This document shows positions 44,739 to 54,943 of a DNA stretch of 64,000 nucleotides, one piece after another. This DNA comes from Candidatus Poribacteria bacterium. GTDB taxonomy: Bacteria > Poribacteria > WGA-4E > GCA-2687025. Position numbers and translations under genes: made by a program. Under the pieces are notes generated by a model, which had not been told where the DNA came from, made no database searches, and was given only the letters and a program-made list of their open reading frames with translations. Each line of letters opens with the position of its first letter. Within the stretch, counting starts at the first letter, position 1. The stretch covers positions 135,164-199,163 of the forward strand of contig JAPPNK010000026.1 of assembly GCA_028818695.1 (NCBI GenBank), in the 5' to 3' direction.

Positions 44739-45533
44739 ATGCGCACCGAACTGACACAGGACCAGATCGAGTTCTACCGAGAGAACGGCTTCATCGTACT
44801 GGACGAATTTTTAGACGACGGGGAACTGGAAGAGTGGCGCGAAGCGGTCGATGAGACCGTCCACAAGCGCGGGATGTATCTTGACCCTGAAAAACGGCGC
44901 GAGAAAAGCGGCTATTATCAGCGCGTCTTCATTCAGTCGCTCAACATGTGGAAAGAGAGCGAGCGCATCCGCAAGCTGATACTAGACCCCAGAATCGGCG
45001 AGATGTGCTGCAAGCTGGAGGGCATGAACGGATACCGCGTCTGGCATGATCAGGCGCTCATCAAGGAGCCGTGGGCGAACCAGACCAGCTTTCACCTCGA
45101 CAACCCGTACTGGTCGTTCAGCTCGCCGCATGCGGTCAGCATCTGGGTCGCGCTGGACGACGCGACGTTTCAGAACGGCTGCCTTTACTTTCTGCCGGGG
45201 ACGCACAAGCTGGCGCGTTATGACAATGTCGGCATCGGTCCGCATTTCGGCGCGCTGTTCGACGTCTATCCTGAATGGGCGGAGATCGAGGCGGTCGCGG
45301 CGCCGATGAAGGCGGGCAGCTGCTCCTTCCACAACGGCCTCGTCGCCCACGGCGCCGGCGCCAACGCGACGCCCGGCTACCGACGCGCCATGACCTGCGG
45401 CTATATGCCGGACGGCTCCACCTTCAACGGCAAGCAGAACATTCTCTCCGCCGAGCAGATGGCGCAGCTGGAGATCGGCGATCCGCTCATCGACCCAGAG
45501 CAGAACCCGCTCGTGTTCTCTTTGGAGGGGTAA
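44739..45533 (+). CDS. phytanoyl-CoA dioxygenase (PhyH) family protein
   Basis: WHQD...H..N motifs; third PhyH paralogue in the window. Confidence 0.8.
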   Translation: MRTELTQDQIEFYRENGFIVLDEFLDDGELEEWREAVDETVHKRGMYLDPEKRREKSGYYQRVFIQSLNMWKESERIRKLILDPRIGEMCCKLEGMNGYRVWHDQALIKEPWANQTSFHLDNPYWSFSSPHAVSIWVALDDATFQNGCLYFLPGTHKLARYDNVGIGPHFGALFDVYPEWAEIEAVAAPMKAGSCSFHNGLVAHGAGANATPGYRRAMTCGYMPDGSTFNGKQNILSAEQMAQLEIGDPLIDPEQNPLVFSLEG

Positions 45534-45584
45534 AGCGAACATAGGCGGCGCGCCCTCTCCCGCGTCTGGGCTGGAAGGACGGTT

Positions 45585-46880
45585 ATGAATCAACAGCAGC
45601 CGAACTGGACGAACCGCACCATGTGGACGGGCGATAACCTGGACATCATGCGCGGCATGAATTCGAACAGCGTCGATCTGATCTATCTAGATCCGCCGTT
45701 CAATTCCAACAAAAACTATTCGGCGCCGGTCGGGTCAGATGCGGCGGGGGCGGCGTTCAAAGACACATGGACGCTGGACGACGTCGACCTCGCATGGCAC
45801 GGCGAAATCGCCGACCGGGAGCCAGCCCTCCACGCTGTGATCGAAGCGGCGGGCTTCGCGCACAGCAAGAGCATGAAGTCCTACGCGGTCATGATGGCGG
45901 TTCGCCTGCTAGAAATGAAACGCATTTTGAAAGAAACGGGCAGCGTTTATCTGCATTGCGATCCGACAGCGTCTCATTATCTGAAGCTGATCATGGACGC
46001 TGTTTTTGGTAAAGAACAGTTCCGAAATGAGGTCGCTTGGTGTTATCGGAAGTGGACGAACGCCGCCTCTTACTTTCAACGCAACCATGACACGCTGCTG
46101 TTTTACGCAGGAAACGGACATACCTTTAACAAGCAATACGGGCCGCCTTCAAAACGGCAACTCCAGATACGCCAACTTGGATACAACGCAGGATCAAGAG
46201 GCGGGGTTCGAATACTCAGGGTGTATGACAAGGAAAAAGCCGCCAAGAAGATTGAACAGGCTGAAAAAGACGGCGTCTCGGTTTATTATGTTGACGATGA
46301 ATTGAAAGGCAACCCTATCCCCGATTATTGGCAAATTTCCGTTCTCAACGGAGCGGCAAAAGAGCGCATGGGTTATCCAACGCAGAAGCCTCTTGAGCTG
46401 TTGGAGCGCATCATCAAGGCGTCCTCCAACGAGGGCGATATGATTCTAGACCCGTTTTGCGGCTGCGCGACGGCGTGCGTCGCCGCGGAACGTTTGAACC
46501 GTCAATGGGCGGGAATCGACCTGTCGCCGAAGGCTGCGCAGCTGGTGAAGATACGCATTGAAAAGGACAACCCGCTGCTGTTCACCCAGCATCCGATGGC
46601 GCACCGAACCGACATTCCGAAGCGAACCGATCTCGGCAAGCTGCCGAATTACCGGACGCATAAGCATACGTTGTTTGGGAAACAGGAGGGCGTTTGCGCG
46701 GGCTGTGAGACGGCGTTTCCGTTTCGCAATTTCACCATTGATCATATTGTCCCGACCAGCAAAGGCGGCTCCGATCATCTCGACAACCTGCAGCTGCTGT
46801 GCGGGGCATGCAACTCGGTCAAGGGGAACCGCGATCAGGCGTTCTTAGTCGCCGAGCTCCGCCGCAGCGGAATTCTTTGA
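45585..46880 (+). CDS. beta-class N6A/N4C DNA methyltransferase fused to C-terminal HNH endonuclease domain
   Basis: Motif IV DPPF near the N-terminus precedes motif I ILDPFCGCATA (beta permutation). C-terminal CAGCE...IDHIVPTSKGGSDHLDNLQLLCGACNSVKGN HNH motif. AT-rich patch at 46000-46350. Confidence 0.8.
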   Translation: MNQQQPNWTNRTMWTGDNLDIMRGMNSNSVDLIYLDPPFNSNKNYSAPVGSDAAGAAFKDTWTLDDVDLAWHGEIADREPALHAVIEAAGFAHSKSMKSYAVMMAVRLLEMKRILKETGSVYLHCDPTASHYLKLIMDAVFGKEQFRNEVAWCYRKWTNAASYFQRNHDTLLFYAGNGHTFNKQYGPPSKRQLQIRQLGYNAGSRGGVRILRVYDKEKAAKKIEQAEKDGVSVYYVDDELKGNPIPDYWQISVLNGAAKERMGYPTQKPLELLERIIKASSNEGDMILDPFCGCATACVAAERLNRQWAGIDLSPKAAQLVKIRIEKDNPLLFTQHPMAHRTDIPKRTDLGKLPNYRTHKHTLFGKQEGVCAGCETAFPFRNFTIDHIVPTSKGGSDHLDNLQLLCGACNSVKGNRDQAFLVAELRRSGIL

Positions 46881-46987
46881 TGCGGGGAGAACATCGTGAA
46901 ATCCCCCGTAAAGGGAGAGGAGCTGTCCGCCTTGACGCGCCGCCGGCGTCCTTTATGCTTATTCGGCAGGCTCGAAAGGAGACGCCC

Positions 46988-48850
46988 ATGAACAAGCGCT
47001 TCTCTTGGATCGGCGCGCTATTCTTGATCAGTTGCGTCTGGGGGGCGTCGGCGTCGGATCCTAAGCCGTCGCCGTACACTTCTCGTCTGTCGCTGCCGGA
47101 CGGCGCCAAGATGCGCGTCGGCAAAGGCCAGATCTATTCCGTCGCCTATTCCCCGGACAGCAGGCGAATCGCCGCCGCGAGCTCCATCGGCGTATGGATA
47201 TACGACGCGGATTACAGCAAGGAGATCGCGCTGCTGCGGGGACATACAAGGCGCGTCAATTCGGCGGCGTATTCCCCAGACGGAACGCGGATTGTCAGCG
47301 CTTCGGATGATAAAACCGTTCGGATATGGGATGCCCAAACGGGGGCTGCTCTCAAAACGCTTAAAGGACATACAAGGCGCGTCAATTCAGCGGCGTACTC
47401 GCCAGGCGGCAAAAGGATCGCGAGCGGCGGCAGCGACAACGACAAAGCGATTCGAATATGGAATGCGGACGACGGGGCGCTTCTCAATACTCTGGAAGGA
47501 TATATTTACTGGATCAATTCAATCGCATATTCGCCGGACGGCAAAACGATCGCGGGGGGCGGCTGGGACGGCGCGGCGCGCATATGGGACGCCGAAAGCG
47601 GCGCCCTTCTCCGCGTCCTTGAAGGGCATCAGAGGGAAATCAGATCGGTCGCGTATTCGCCGGACGGCAAAACAATTGTGATCGGCAGCGACGACGGAAC
47701 GGCGCGCGTCTGGAACGCCGACGCCGGCGCCCTTCTTCATACTCTTGAACCAGAGAATAGACCCAGTTGGGTAAGGACGCATTCGGTCGCGTATTCGCCG
47801 GATGGGAGGCTAATCGCAAGCGGAGGGTTGTACGAAGGCGGTGTTGGGGTTCTGATGTGGAACGCCGCCGGCGGCTCGCCTTTTCGGAAATTCGAGAAAG
47901 GCGGCAGCCATTGTATTGCGTTTTCCCTTGACGGGCATAACTTAGCAAGCGGAGGCTCTCGTGGAATTGCTACTTTTAACATCAAGATCGGCGAACGCAT
48001 CCGTTGGATCCGCGGGCATCCGACAAGGATCAAGTACGCTCTATTCACCCCGGACGGACAGGGGATCGCCGTTGTTTTCTCAGCAAACATCTTACATATT
48101 TGGGAACCCGAAACCGGGGCGCTCCTCAGAAGGATGGAATGGGTGTCTGGAAGCAAAGGAGTCTTCTCGCCGGACGAAAATCTTCACGCTGTCGCCGAGT
48201 TCAACAGGACGGTCATAAGCGTCTATGATGTCGAGACCAATTCAAAGCTCCGTACGCTCAAGGGGTATGGGATCCAGCCCATGGCGTTTTCGCCGGACGG
48301 AAAAACGCTTGCTTATTCAAACGACGAAGATGCCGTTTATCTCCGGAATGTCGAGACCGGCGCTCTGTTCAATACGCTGGAAGGGCATACAAGAGAGGTC
48401 AATTCGGCGGCATACTCGTCCGACGGCAAAAAGATTGTCACCGGCAGCAATGATTTCACGGTTCGGATTTGGGACGCTAAGACAGGCGCTCTGTTCAATA
48501 CGCTCAAAGGGCATACAAAAGAGGTCCTTTCGGCGGCGTTTTCGCCCGACGGAAAAACGATCGTCAGCGCGGACAAGGGCGAAACCGTTCGAACCTGGGA
48601 CGCTGACGGCTCTCCTCTCAACACGCTGGAAGGGCGTCATTGGGCGGCGTATTCGCCCGACGGCAAGCGTATCGCCGGCGGAGGAGACAACAACGCGGTT
48701 CGGATTTGGGACGCTAAGACCGGCGCCCTCTTAAAGACGCTTGAGGGACATACGGACATGATCACATGGGTTGGATATTCGTCGGACGGCAAGACGCTCG
48801 GCAGCGCCAGCGATGATGGTACCGTCCTCCTTTGGGATGCGTCCGACTAA
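46988..48850 (+). CDS. secreted WD40 beta-propeller protein (about 14 repeats)
   Basis: AAGGAG SD; signal peptide MNKRFSWIGALFLISCVWGASA; repeated AYSPDGK..ASGS.D.T.RIWD units. Confidence 0.8.
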   Translation: MNKRFSWIGALFLISCVWGASASDPKPSPYTSRLSLPDGAKMRVGKGQIYSVAYSPDSRRIAAASSIGVWIYDADYSKEIALLRGHTRRVNSAAYSPDGTRIVSASDDKTVRIWDAQTGAALKTLKGHTRRVNSAAYSPGGKRIASGGSDNDKAIRIWNADDGALLNTLEGYIYWINSIAYSPDGKTIAGGGWDGAARIWDAESGALLRVLEGHQREIRSVAYSPDGKTIVIGSDDGTARVWNADAGALLHTLEPENRPSWVRTHSVAYSPDGRLIASGGLYEGGVGVLMWNAAGGSPFRKFEKGGSHCIAFSLDGHNLASGGSRGIATFNIKIGERIRWIRGHPTRIKYALFTPDGQGIAVVFSANILHIWEPETGALLRRMEWVSGSKGVFSPDENLHAVAEFNRTVISVYDVETNSKLRTLKGYGIQPMAFSPDGKTLAYSNDEDAVYLRNVETGALFNTLEGHTREVNSAAYSSDGKKIVTGSNDFTVRIWDAKTGALFNTLKGHTKEVLSAAFSPDGKTIVSADKGETVRTWDADGSPLNTLEGRHWAAYSPDGKRIAGGGDNNAVRIWDAKTGALLKTLEGHTDMITWVGYSSDGKTLGSASDDGTVLLWDASD

Positions 48851-48991
48851 GATTCCAGCGCGTAATGACCGCGGAGGCGAGAACGACAGTCTGTGGATTC
48901 CCCTCTCGCCTGCGCGAGACGAACCTTGCGCTCCAACGCAAATCCGCGTATGCTTTAGGCGCGTTAGGCGGATTCATGATTGGAGAAGGCG

Positions 48992-50542
48992 ATGCGTTCC
49001 GCGCCGTTGACCGACAAGGCGCTCATTTTGCGCGCGGGCGACGATGTCGCTGTCGCGCGGGAGTGGATACCCGCAGGCGCGGCGCTGTCGCGCGGCGAAG
49101 ACATTTTACAGACCGCCGAGCCGATTCGACCCGGACATAAACTCGCCCTCAAAGCGATACCGAAGGACGCCCCTGTCCGCAAATACGGACATGTGATCGG
49201 CTTCGCTTCCCAAGAGATCGCGCCCGGCGCCCATGTCCATTCCCACAACCTAGAGGCGCGCGACTTCGACCGCGACTACCGCTTCGGCGAGGACGCCGTC
49301 CCGCTGCAGCCCTACCCGCCCGGCAAGGCGCGAACCTTTGACGGCTATCTCCGCTCAGACGGCCGCGTCGGAACGCGCAACTACATCGCCGTCATCTCCA
49401 CCGTGAACTGCTCCGCCAGCGTCTCCCATTATGTGTCGCGTGAATTTTCAGACGAGCTGCTTAGCGGCTATCCGAATGTGGACGGGCTGCTGCCGTTGAC
49501 GCATAAAGGCGGCTGCGGCGGCGTCTTGGGAGGCGCGGACTATCTTCAGCTGCAGCGCACGCTCGCCGGCATGGCGACCCATCCGAACGTGTACGGGTAT
49601 ATCCTGATGGGCTTGGGCTGCGAAGTGAATCAGATGGCGGATCTGGCGGCGAACGAGGGCTTGTTGACGATTGAAGGCATGGGCGCGCCGCCCAAGATGA
49701 TCTCCATTCAGGCGGAAGGCGGCATCCAAAAGGCGGTGGAGGCGGGCTGCGCAGCGGTGGAAGAGATGCTGCCGCATGCGGACGCTTGCCGAAGGACGCC
49801 GCAGCCGCTCTCCAAGCTGATTGTCGGGGCGGAGTGCGGCGGTTCCGACGCGCATTCCGGCGTCACGGCGAACCCGGCGGTCGGCTGCTTCGGCGACGAG
49901 CTGGTGCGGCATGGCGGAACGCACTGCATCGGCGAGACGCCGGAGATGTACGGCGCGGAGCATCTGCTGACGGCGCGCGCGTCCAGCGAACAGGTCGGCA
50001 GGCGGCTTCTGGAGCGCATCCGCTGGTGGGAAGAGCATGCCGCCGCGCATGGCGCCAAGATCGACAACAATCCGACGCCCGGCAACAAGGAGGGCGGCTT
50101 GACGACGATCTACGAAAAGTCGCTCGGCGCGATTGCGAAGGGCGGCTCGTCGCCGCTGCGCGCTGTTTACGGGTACGCCGAGCGGATTGTGGAGAAAGGC
50201 TTTGTGGCGATGGACACGCCGGGCTACGATCCGGTGTCGGTGACCGGCATGGCGGCGGGCGGCGCGACGGTCATTCTGTTCACAACAGGGCGCGGGAGCG
50301 TCTTCGGGTTCAAACCGTCCCCCTCCATCAAGATTGCGACGAATTCGCGCCTGTTTCATCATATGCCGGACGATATGGACATCAACGCCGGCGCGGTTTT
50401 AGAAGGCAAAACGGTTGAAGAGGTCGGGCGGGAGATTTTGGAGGCGGTCGTCGCGACAGCCTCCGGCAAAAAAACGAAGAGCGAACTGGCAGGCGTCGGC
50501 GAATTGGAGTTCAACCCATGGACGCTGGGTCCGATTTTGTAG
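48992..50542 (+). CDS. UxaA-family (altronate/galactarate) dehydratase with N-terminal SAF domain
   Basis: SAF-like N-terminus (ILRAGDDVAVA); long C-terminal UxaA-type domain with conserved Cys/His cluster. Confidence 0.75.
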   Translation: MRSAPLTDKALILRAGDDVAVAREWIPAGAALSRGEDILQTAEPIRPGHKLALKAIPKDAPVRKYGHVIGFASQEIAPGAHVHSHNLEARDFDRDYRFGEDAVPLQPYPPGKARTFDGYLRSDGRVGTRNYIAVISTVNCSASVSHYVSREFSDELLSGYPNVDGLLPLTHKGGCGGVLGGADYLQLQRTLAGMATHPNVYGYILMGLGCEVNQMADLAANEGLLTIEGMGAPPKMISIQAEGGIQKAVEAGCAAVEEMLPHADACRRTPQPLSKLIVGAECGGSDAHSGVTANPAVGCFGDELVRHGGTHCIGETPEMYGAEHLLTARASSEQVGRRLLERIRWWEEHAAAHGAKIDNNPTPGNKEGGLTTIYEKSLGAIAKGGSSPLRAVYGYAERIVEKGFVAMDTPGYDPVSVTGMAAGGATVILFTTGRGSVFGFKPSPSIKIATNSRLFHHMPDDMDINAGAVLEGKTVEEVGREILEAVVATASGKKTKSELAGVGELEFNPWTLGPIL

Positions 50543-50615
50543 CCTATGCGGCGCATGGGGCGCATCATTGAGTCGCTGTCGAGCCGCTTTTAAATAAAAG
50601 AAAGGGAACGGATAG

Positions 50616-51626
50616 ATGAGCTATTTGACGGACGAACGGGTCGCCATTTTAGGAGCCGCCGGGGCGATCGGTTCCAATCTGGCGCAGTCGGTTCTGGCGA
50701 TGGGCGTTTCAAGCCGAGTCGTCATGTTCGACCCGTTCGAGTCAGGTTTGCATGGCGCCGCCGAGGAGATGAATCACTGCGGTTTTCCTGGGGCTGAAAT
50801 CGCTTGGACGACCGATCTGGGCGAAGCTCTGGAAAGCGCCTCGTACGCGATCACATCGGGCGGGGCGCCGCGCAAAGAGGGCATGACGCGCGAAGACCTG
50901 CGCAGAGACAACTGCGCTATTGCGAAGGAGCTGGGCGAAACGATACGCAAGCGCGCCCCGCATCTGAAATTCCTGATTGTCATCTTCAACCCGGCGGACA
51001 TCACCGGCTTGACCGCTCTTGTGCATTCGGGCTTGGACCCGAAGCGGGTGTCCACGCTGGCGGCGCTTGATTCGACGCGCCTTCAGACCGCCCTCGCGCA
51101 GCGGTTCGGCGTGCGCCAGGACCTCGTGACCGGCTGCCGAACCTACGGCGGACACGGCGAAAAGATGGCGGTCTTTAAAGACGGCATCCGCATCGACGGC
51201 AAGCCCCTGACAAGTTACTTGAGCGAGGGCTGGCTGTCGCAGGAGGACTGGGAGGAGATACAGGCGCATGTGCGGGGCGGCGGCGCGCGGGTCATTCAGC
51301 TGCGCGGGCGCAGTTCGTTTCAATCGCCCTCCCATTTGAGCGTTCTCATGCTGCGGTCGGTTCTTGGCGGGGGCGAATTTCCGTGGCCGAGCGGCGCGTA
51401 TATCGGCGCTGAGGGGGATGCGTCCGAATGGGGCGGCGTCATGATGGCGGCGGACACGTCGCTCGGCGCGGACGGCGTCACAGCGCGCCTGCCGGACGGC
51501 TCCGAGGAGGACATGGCGGCGTTGAAGGAGTCGCATGCGCATCTGGCGGCGCTGCGCGACCAGACCATCGCGGACGGGCTGCTTCCGCCGCTGAACGAGT
51601 GGAAGCGGATCAATCCGCATCTGTGA
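50616..51626 (+). CDS. lactate/malate dehydrogenase family protein
   Basis: GAAGAIGS NAD site; GAPRKEGMTREDLLRDN; NPAD; catalytic His region (GGHGE). Confidence 0.75.
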   Translation: MSYLTDERVAILGAAGAIGSNLAQSVLAMGVSSRVVMFDPFESGLHGAAEEMNHCGFPGAEIAWTTDLGEALESASYAITSGGAPRKEGMTREDLRRDNCAIAKELGETIRKRAPHLKFLIVIFNPADITGLTALVHSGLDPKRVSTLAALDSTRLQTALAQRFGVRQDLVTGCRTYGGHGEKMAVFKDGIRIDGKPLTSYLSEGWLSQEDWEEIQAHVRGGGARVIQLRGRSSFQSPSHLSVLMLRSVLGGGEFPWPSGAYIGAEGDASEWGGVMMAADTSLGADGVTARLPDGSEEDMAALKESHAHLAALRDQTIADGLLPPLNEWKRINPHL

Positions 51627-51695
51627 CGCGGGGTCGGCGGCGATGAAGCGGAATCTTAGAATGCCCCCTTGCCGTTCAAACGAGAGGATAGCGCG

Positions 51696-52496
51696 ATGTC
51701 GGATTTGTTGATATGGGTCATCGGTTTAGACCATACGCAGACCGATCTGAAAAAGGCGCAGAAAGCGCTGGCTGAGGCGGCTCCTGAAGAGTGGGCGGCG
51801 TATAAGCGGTCGCGCGCGGCGTACGAGGCGGCGCGGACGCTTGTTGTGCGGAATTCGGCGGTGATGGACGCGGAGGCGGAGCTGAAAATGACAGCCGCCG
51901 CCGAGTGGAAGGCGTACCAAAAAGCGCAGGACGCATTCCGCGAGGCGATTGAGGAGCATATCGAGGCAAAGAACGATGTCAAGCGGGAAGCGCCGGATCA
52001 GTACGCCGCGATCAAGGCGCTGTTCAAAGACGACTCGCTCTTTCAAGGCGGGTTTGAAAAGCGTTACAACGAGGCGCGCGATGCGTTGAAAGCCGCTGTC
52101 CCTCCCCCGAAGTGGGAACGGTATGAACATACGTCGGATAAGGTGTACCATAAAGGCGAGGATTTGGGAAAGGCGGAGGAGGCGCTGCGCGACAACGCTC
52201 CCATGGAAATAGAAGTGTACCATGAGGCGGTGGAGTCGGCAGGCAACGCGCGCAGGCTTCGGCGGGCGCCGGTAGAATGGGCGTTGTTCTACGCGGCAGA
52301 GGAGGCGCTGATTTTAGCGGCGCCGGACGAATGGTTCGCCTACGAAAACGCGCTGGATGAGGACGAGCTCCATGCGGCGCAGAACGAGCTCTCAAAGGCG
52401 GCGCCGGACGAATGGGCGGCGTACCAAACCGCGGAGGACGCGCTGGGCGACGCGCTGGGGCGGCGGCGCAAACTCATACAGTATATGGACTTTTGA
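51696..52496 (+). CDS. hypothetical alpha-helical protein with internal AP(E/D)EW(A/F)AY repeats
   Basis: ATG with GAGAGGA SD; about 35-aa helical repeats; no recognisable family. Confidence 0.4.
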   Translation: MSDLLIWVIGLDHTQTDLKKAQKALAEAAPEEWAAYKRSRAAYEAARTLVVRNSAVMDAEAELKMTAAAEWKAYQKAQDAFREAIEEHIEAKNDVKREAPDQYAAIKALFKDDSLFQGGFEKRYNEARDALKAAVPPPKWERYEHTSDKVYHKGEDLGKAEEALRDNAPMEIEVYHEAVESAGNARRLRRAPVEWALFYAAEEALILAAPDEWFAYENALDEDELHAAQNELSKAAPDEWAAYQTAEDALGDALGRRRKLIQYMDF

Positions 52497-52541
52497 ACGG
52501 AACGAACCGCTTATCAACACACAGAAAAGGGTCAAAATCGT

Positions 52542-53546
52542 ATGGCAGAAACGATACGGGTTGGGTTTATCGGAACGGGCGGCAACGCGCGCGGACATAT
52601 CGGGTGCCTCGCCGGCATGAAGGGCGTTCAGATTGCCGCGTTTGCCGATCCGAGCAAGGGGGCGCTCAAAGCGGCGCAGGAGCGAGTCAAAACGAAGGTT
52701 CCCGTCTTCAGCGACTATGTCGAGATGCTTGACAAAACCGAGATGGACGCCGCCGTCATCTCCACGCCGCACACGCTGCATTTTGAGCAGGTCATGGCGT
52801 GCCTCGACCGCGGGCTGCATGTGCAGGTGGAAAAGCCTATGACCTGTACGAGCGCCCATGCGCGGGAAGTGATCCGCAAGCAGAAGGAAACCGGCAAGAC
52901 GCTGCTGATCGGATACCAGCGGCATTACGATCCGCGTTTCCGCTGGGCGCGTCAACAGATCGCCGAGGGCGCCATCGGACGCGTCACGCTCACGCATGTT
53001 TACCAAGGGCAGAACTGGCTGCGCAATCAGCAGGGAAGATGGCGGCTTGACCCCGCCCTGAGCGGCGGCGGACAGCTGAACGATTCGGGCAGCCATGTGG
53101 TCGACATACTGCTCTGGATAACAGGGCTGGAGGCGGAAGAAGCGTTTGCGTATGTCGACAACCGAGGGGCGGAGGTGGATGTCAACAGCGCCGTCTCGGT
53201 GCGCTTCACGAACGGCGCCATCGGCACAATCACGATCGTCGGCGACGAGGTCGCAGGCGGCATGTGGGAAGACATCACGATCGCCGGCGACAAGGGAATC
53301 ATCTGGATACGGCAGGGCGGCAAGCTGCTCGTTGCGAACGAGTCGCGGCGCCGGCCGACCGAGGTGACCGATTTCAGCGGCGTCGAGTCGTTCCCCGGCA
53401 GCAAGGACGGCAACTTCATCGACGCGATACGCGGCAAGGCGGAGAATCAGGTCCCGGCAATCTGCGGGCTGCGCGTCATTGAGTTGACGGAGGCGGTCTG
53501 GCGCTCGGCGGCGTCCGGTCTGCCGCAGAAGGTGGAGAAGTCCTAA
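52542..53546 (+). CDS. Gfo/Idh/MocA-family NAD(P)-dependent oxidoreductase
   Basis: N-terminal VGFIGTGGNARGH Rossmann motif; 334 aa. Confidence 0.85.
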   Translation: MAETIRVGFIGTGGNARGHIGCLAGMKGVQIAAFADPSKGALKAAQERVKTKVPVFSDYVEMLDKTEMDAAVISTPHTLHFEQVMACLDRGLHVQVEKPMTCTSAHAREVIRKQKETGKTLLIGYQRHYDPRFRWARQQIAEGAIGRVTLTHVYQGQNWLRNQQGRWRLDPALSGGGQLNDSGSHVVDILLWITGLEAEEAFAYVDNRGAEVDVNSAVSVRFTNGAIGTITIVGDEVAGGMWEDITIAGDKGIIWIRQGGKLLVANESRRRPTEVTDFSGVESFPGSKDGNFIDAIRGKAENQVPAICGLRVIELTEAVWRSAASGLPQKVEKS

Positions 53547-53548
53547 AG

Positions 53549-54217
53549 GTGAAGAAGAGAGAGTCGCCGGGCGAGATGCTTCGGGATCGGATTAAGCGTC
53601 AGGGGGTCGGCTCGTTGACGGTGGAGGAGCTGTTCGGGCTGATGCTTGGGGGAACAGAGAAGCATATGGACGGCGCGCGGATGCTGCTGCGCCGTTTTGA
53701 CGGGAACCTGGCGCGGATGGCGGGCGAGTCGTGCCAGACGCTCGCGCTCACCCCTGGGATGAGTTTTCGGGACGGCTGCCACGCGGCGGCGGCTCTTGAG
53801 CTGGCGCGCCGCTGGGCGGCTTTTCTGCCGAGTCAGAAGATGAAGTTTCAAGGACCTGAGCATGTCGCCAATTTTTTGCGCCCGTCTCTTCGAGGCGCGC
53901 AGCAGGAAATGCTGTGGGCAATGTGCCTCGACACCAAAAATGTGATCACGCACTGGAAAATGCTGACCGTCGGGACGCTGAACGCGAGCCTGATCCATCC
54001 GCGCGAGGTGTACCGCTATGCGATCGAAAACGCCTCGGCGGGAGTCATCCTGGCGCACAACCACCCCTCCGGCGACCCGACGCCCAGCCCCGAAGACATC
54101 AACGTGACGCGCCGCATTGCGCAGGCGGGCAAGCTGCTGGACATCCCCCTGCTTGACCATGTGATTGTGGCGGACAACAGCTTCCGCAGCTTAAAAGAGG
54201 ACGGGCATCTCCGCTAA
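53549..54217 (+). CDS. radC: RadC-like JAB/MPN-domain protein
   Basis: JAMM motif ILAHNHPSGDPTPSPED; GTG start 2 nt after the preceding stop. Confidence 0.85.
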   Translation: MKKRESPGEMLRDRIKRQGVGSLTVEELFGLMLGGTEKHMDGARMLLRRFDGNLARMAGESCQTLALTPGMSFRDGCHAAAALELARRWAAFLPSQKMKFQGPEHVANFLRPSLRGAQQEMLWAMCLDTKNVITHWKMLTVGTLNASLIHPREVYRYAIENASAGVILAHNHPSGDPTPSPEDINVTRRIAQAGKLLDIPLLDHVIVADNSFRSLKEDGHLR

Positions 54218-54229
54218 AAGCGGGCTTCG

Positions 54230-54934
54230 TCAGTCGCTATCGCCCGCCTTCAGCCGCCCCCATGGGATAAAACCCAGAGGAAATCTGCCGCTCCCTCCTG
54301 AAAGAACCCATTCCTGACCAAGCCCCCCAGGATCGCCATGCGTTACCTGAACAACCTCTTTGGTCTCAACATGGATCCGGTAAATGTTCCATGCGCCCCC
54401 GCGGAATAGATCCACTCCGTCTCCTGTCTCGCCAGAAGAATACAAGATCCATTTGCCGTCCGGAAACCAGGACGGAGCAACTTCCCAATGAGGACCAAAC
54501 GTCAACTGCCGAATGTTTGACCCGTCCGGATCCATCAGATACAGGTTGAATCCTGGCGGATCCGACCGATCGTACGAGTAAAAAGCTATCGTCTTTCCGT
54601 CTGGCGACCATCTTGGCTCCCCGTCCTGCGCGGGATGGTCTGTGAGTTGAACCCTGTTCTTGCCATCGGCGTCCATGACAAAAATATCGCGAATCAACTC
54701 CTCCTTCGCGTTTCTGCGCCACGAATGAAAGACGATTCGCTTCCCGTCCGGCGACCAGTAGGGCTTCCCGTCATTTTCCTTCGGGGTGTTGGTCAGATTG
54801 ACAATCTGTCCAGTTTCGATATCTACCTTGTAAATGTCGATAGTGCTGCGCCCGCCTTCGCAGACGATCGTCGTTCCGTCCGGCGACCATTGAGGGGCAA
54901 CGATGCTTATACGAGGAAAAACTTGGTTTTGTAA
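54230..54934 (-). pseudogene. TolB-like PD40 beta-propeller gene, 5'-truncated by MITE insertion
   Basis: The frame stays open (PD40 repeats WSPDGTTIV..., YWSPDGKRIVF..., RWSPDGKTIAF...) from 54230 up into the MITE, where a stop occurs at about 54986. No ATG/GTG/TTG start occurs until TTG 54697. No signal peptide or N-terminal domain. Confidence 0.55.
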
Positions 54935-54943
54935 TTGATCGCA

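Noticed and set aside
46195-46215. tRNA T-loop-like GGTTCGAATAC
   Set aside because: It lies within the MTase coding frame, with no acceptor or anticodon arms. No tRNA genes were identified in the window.
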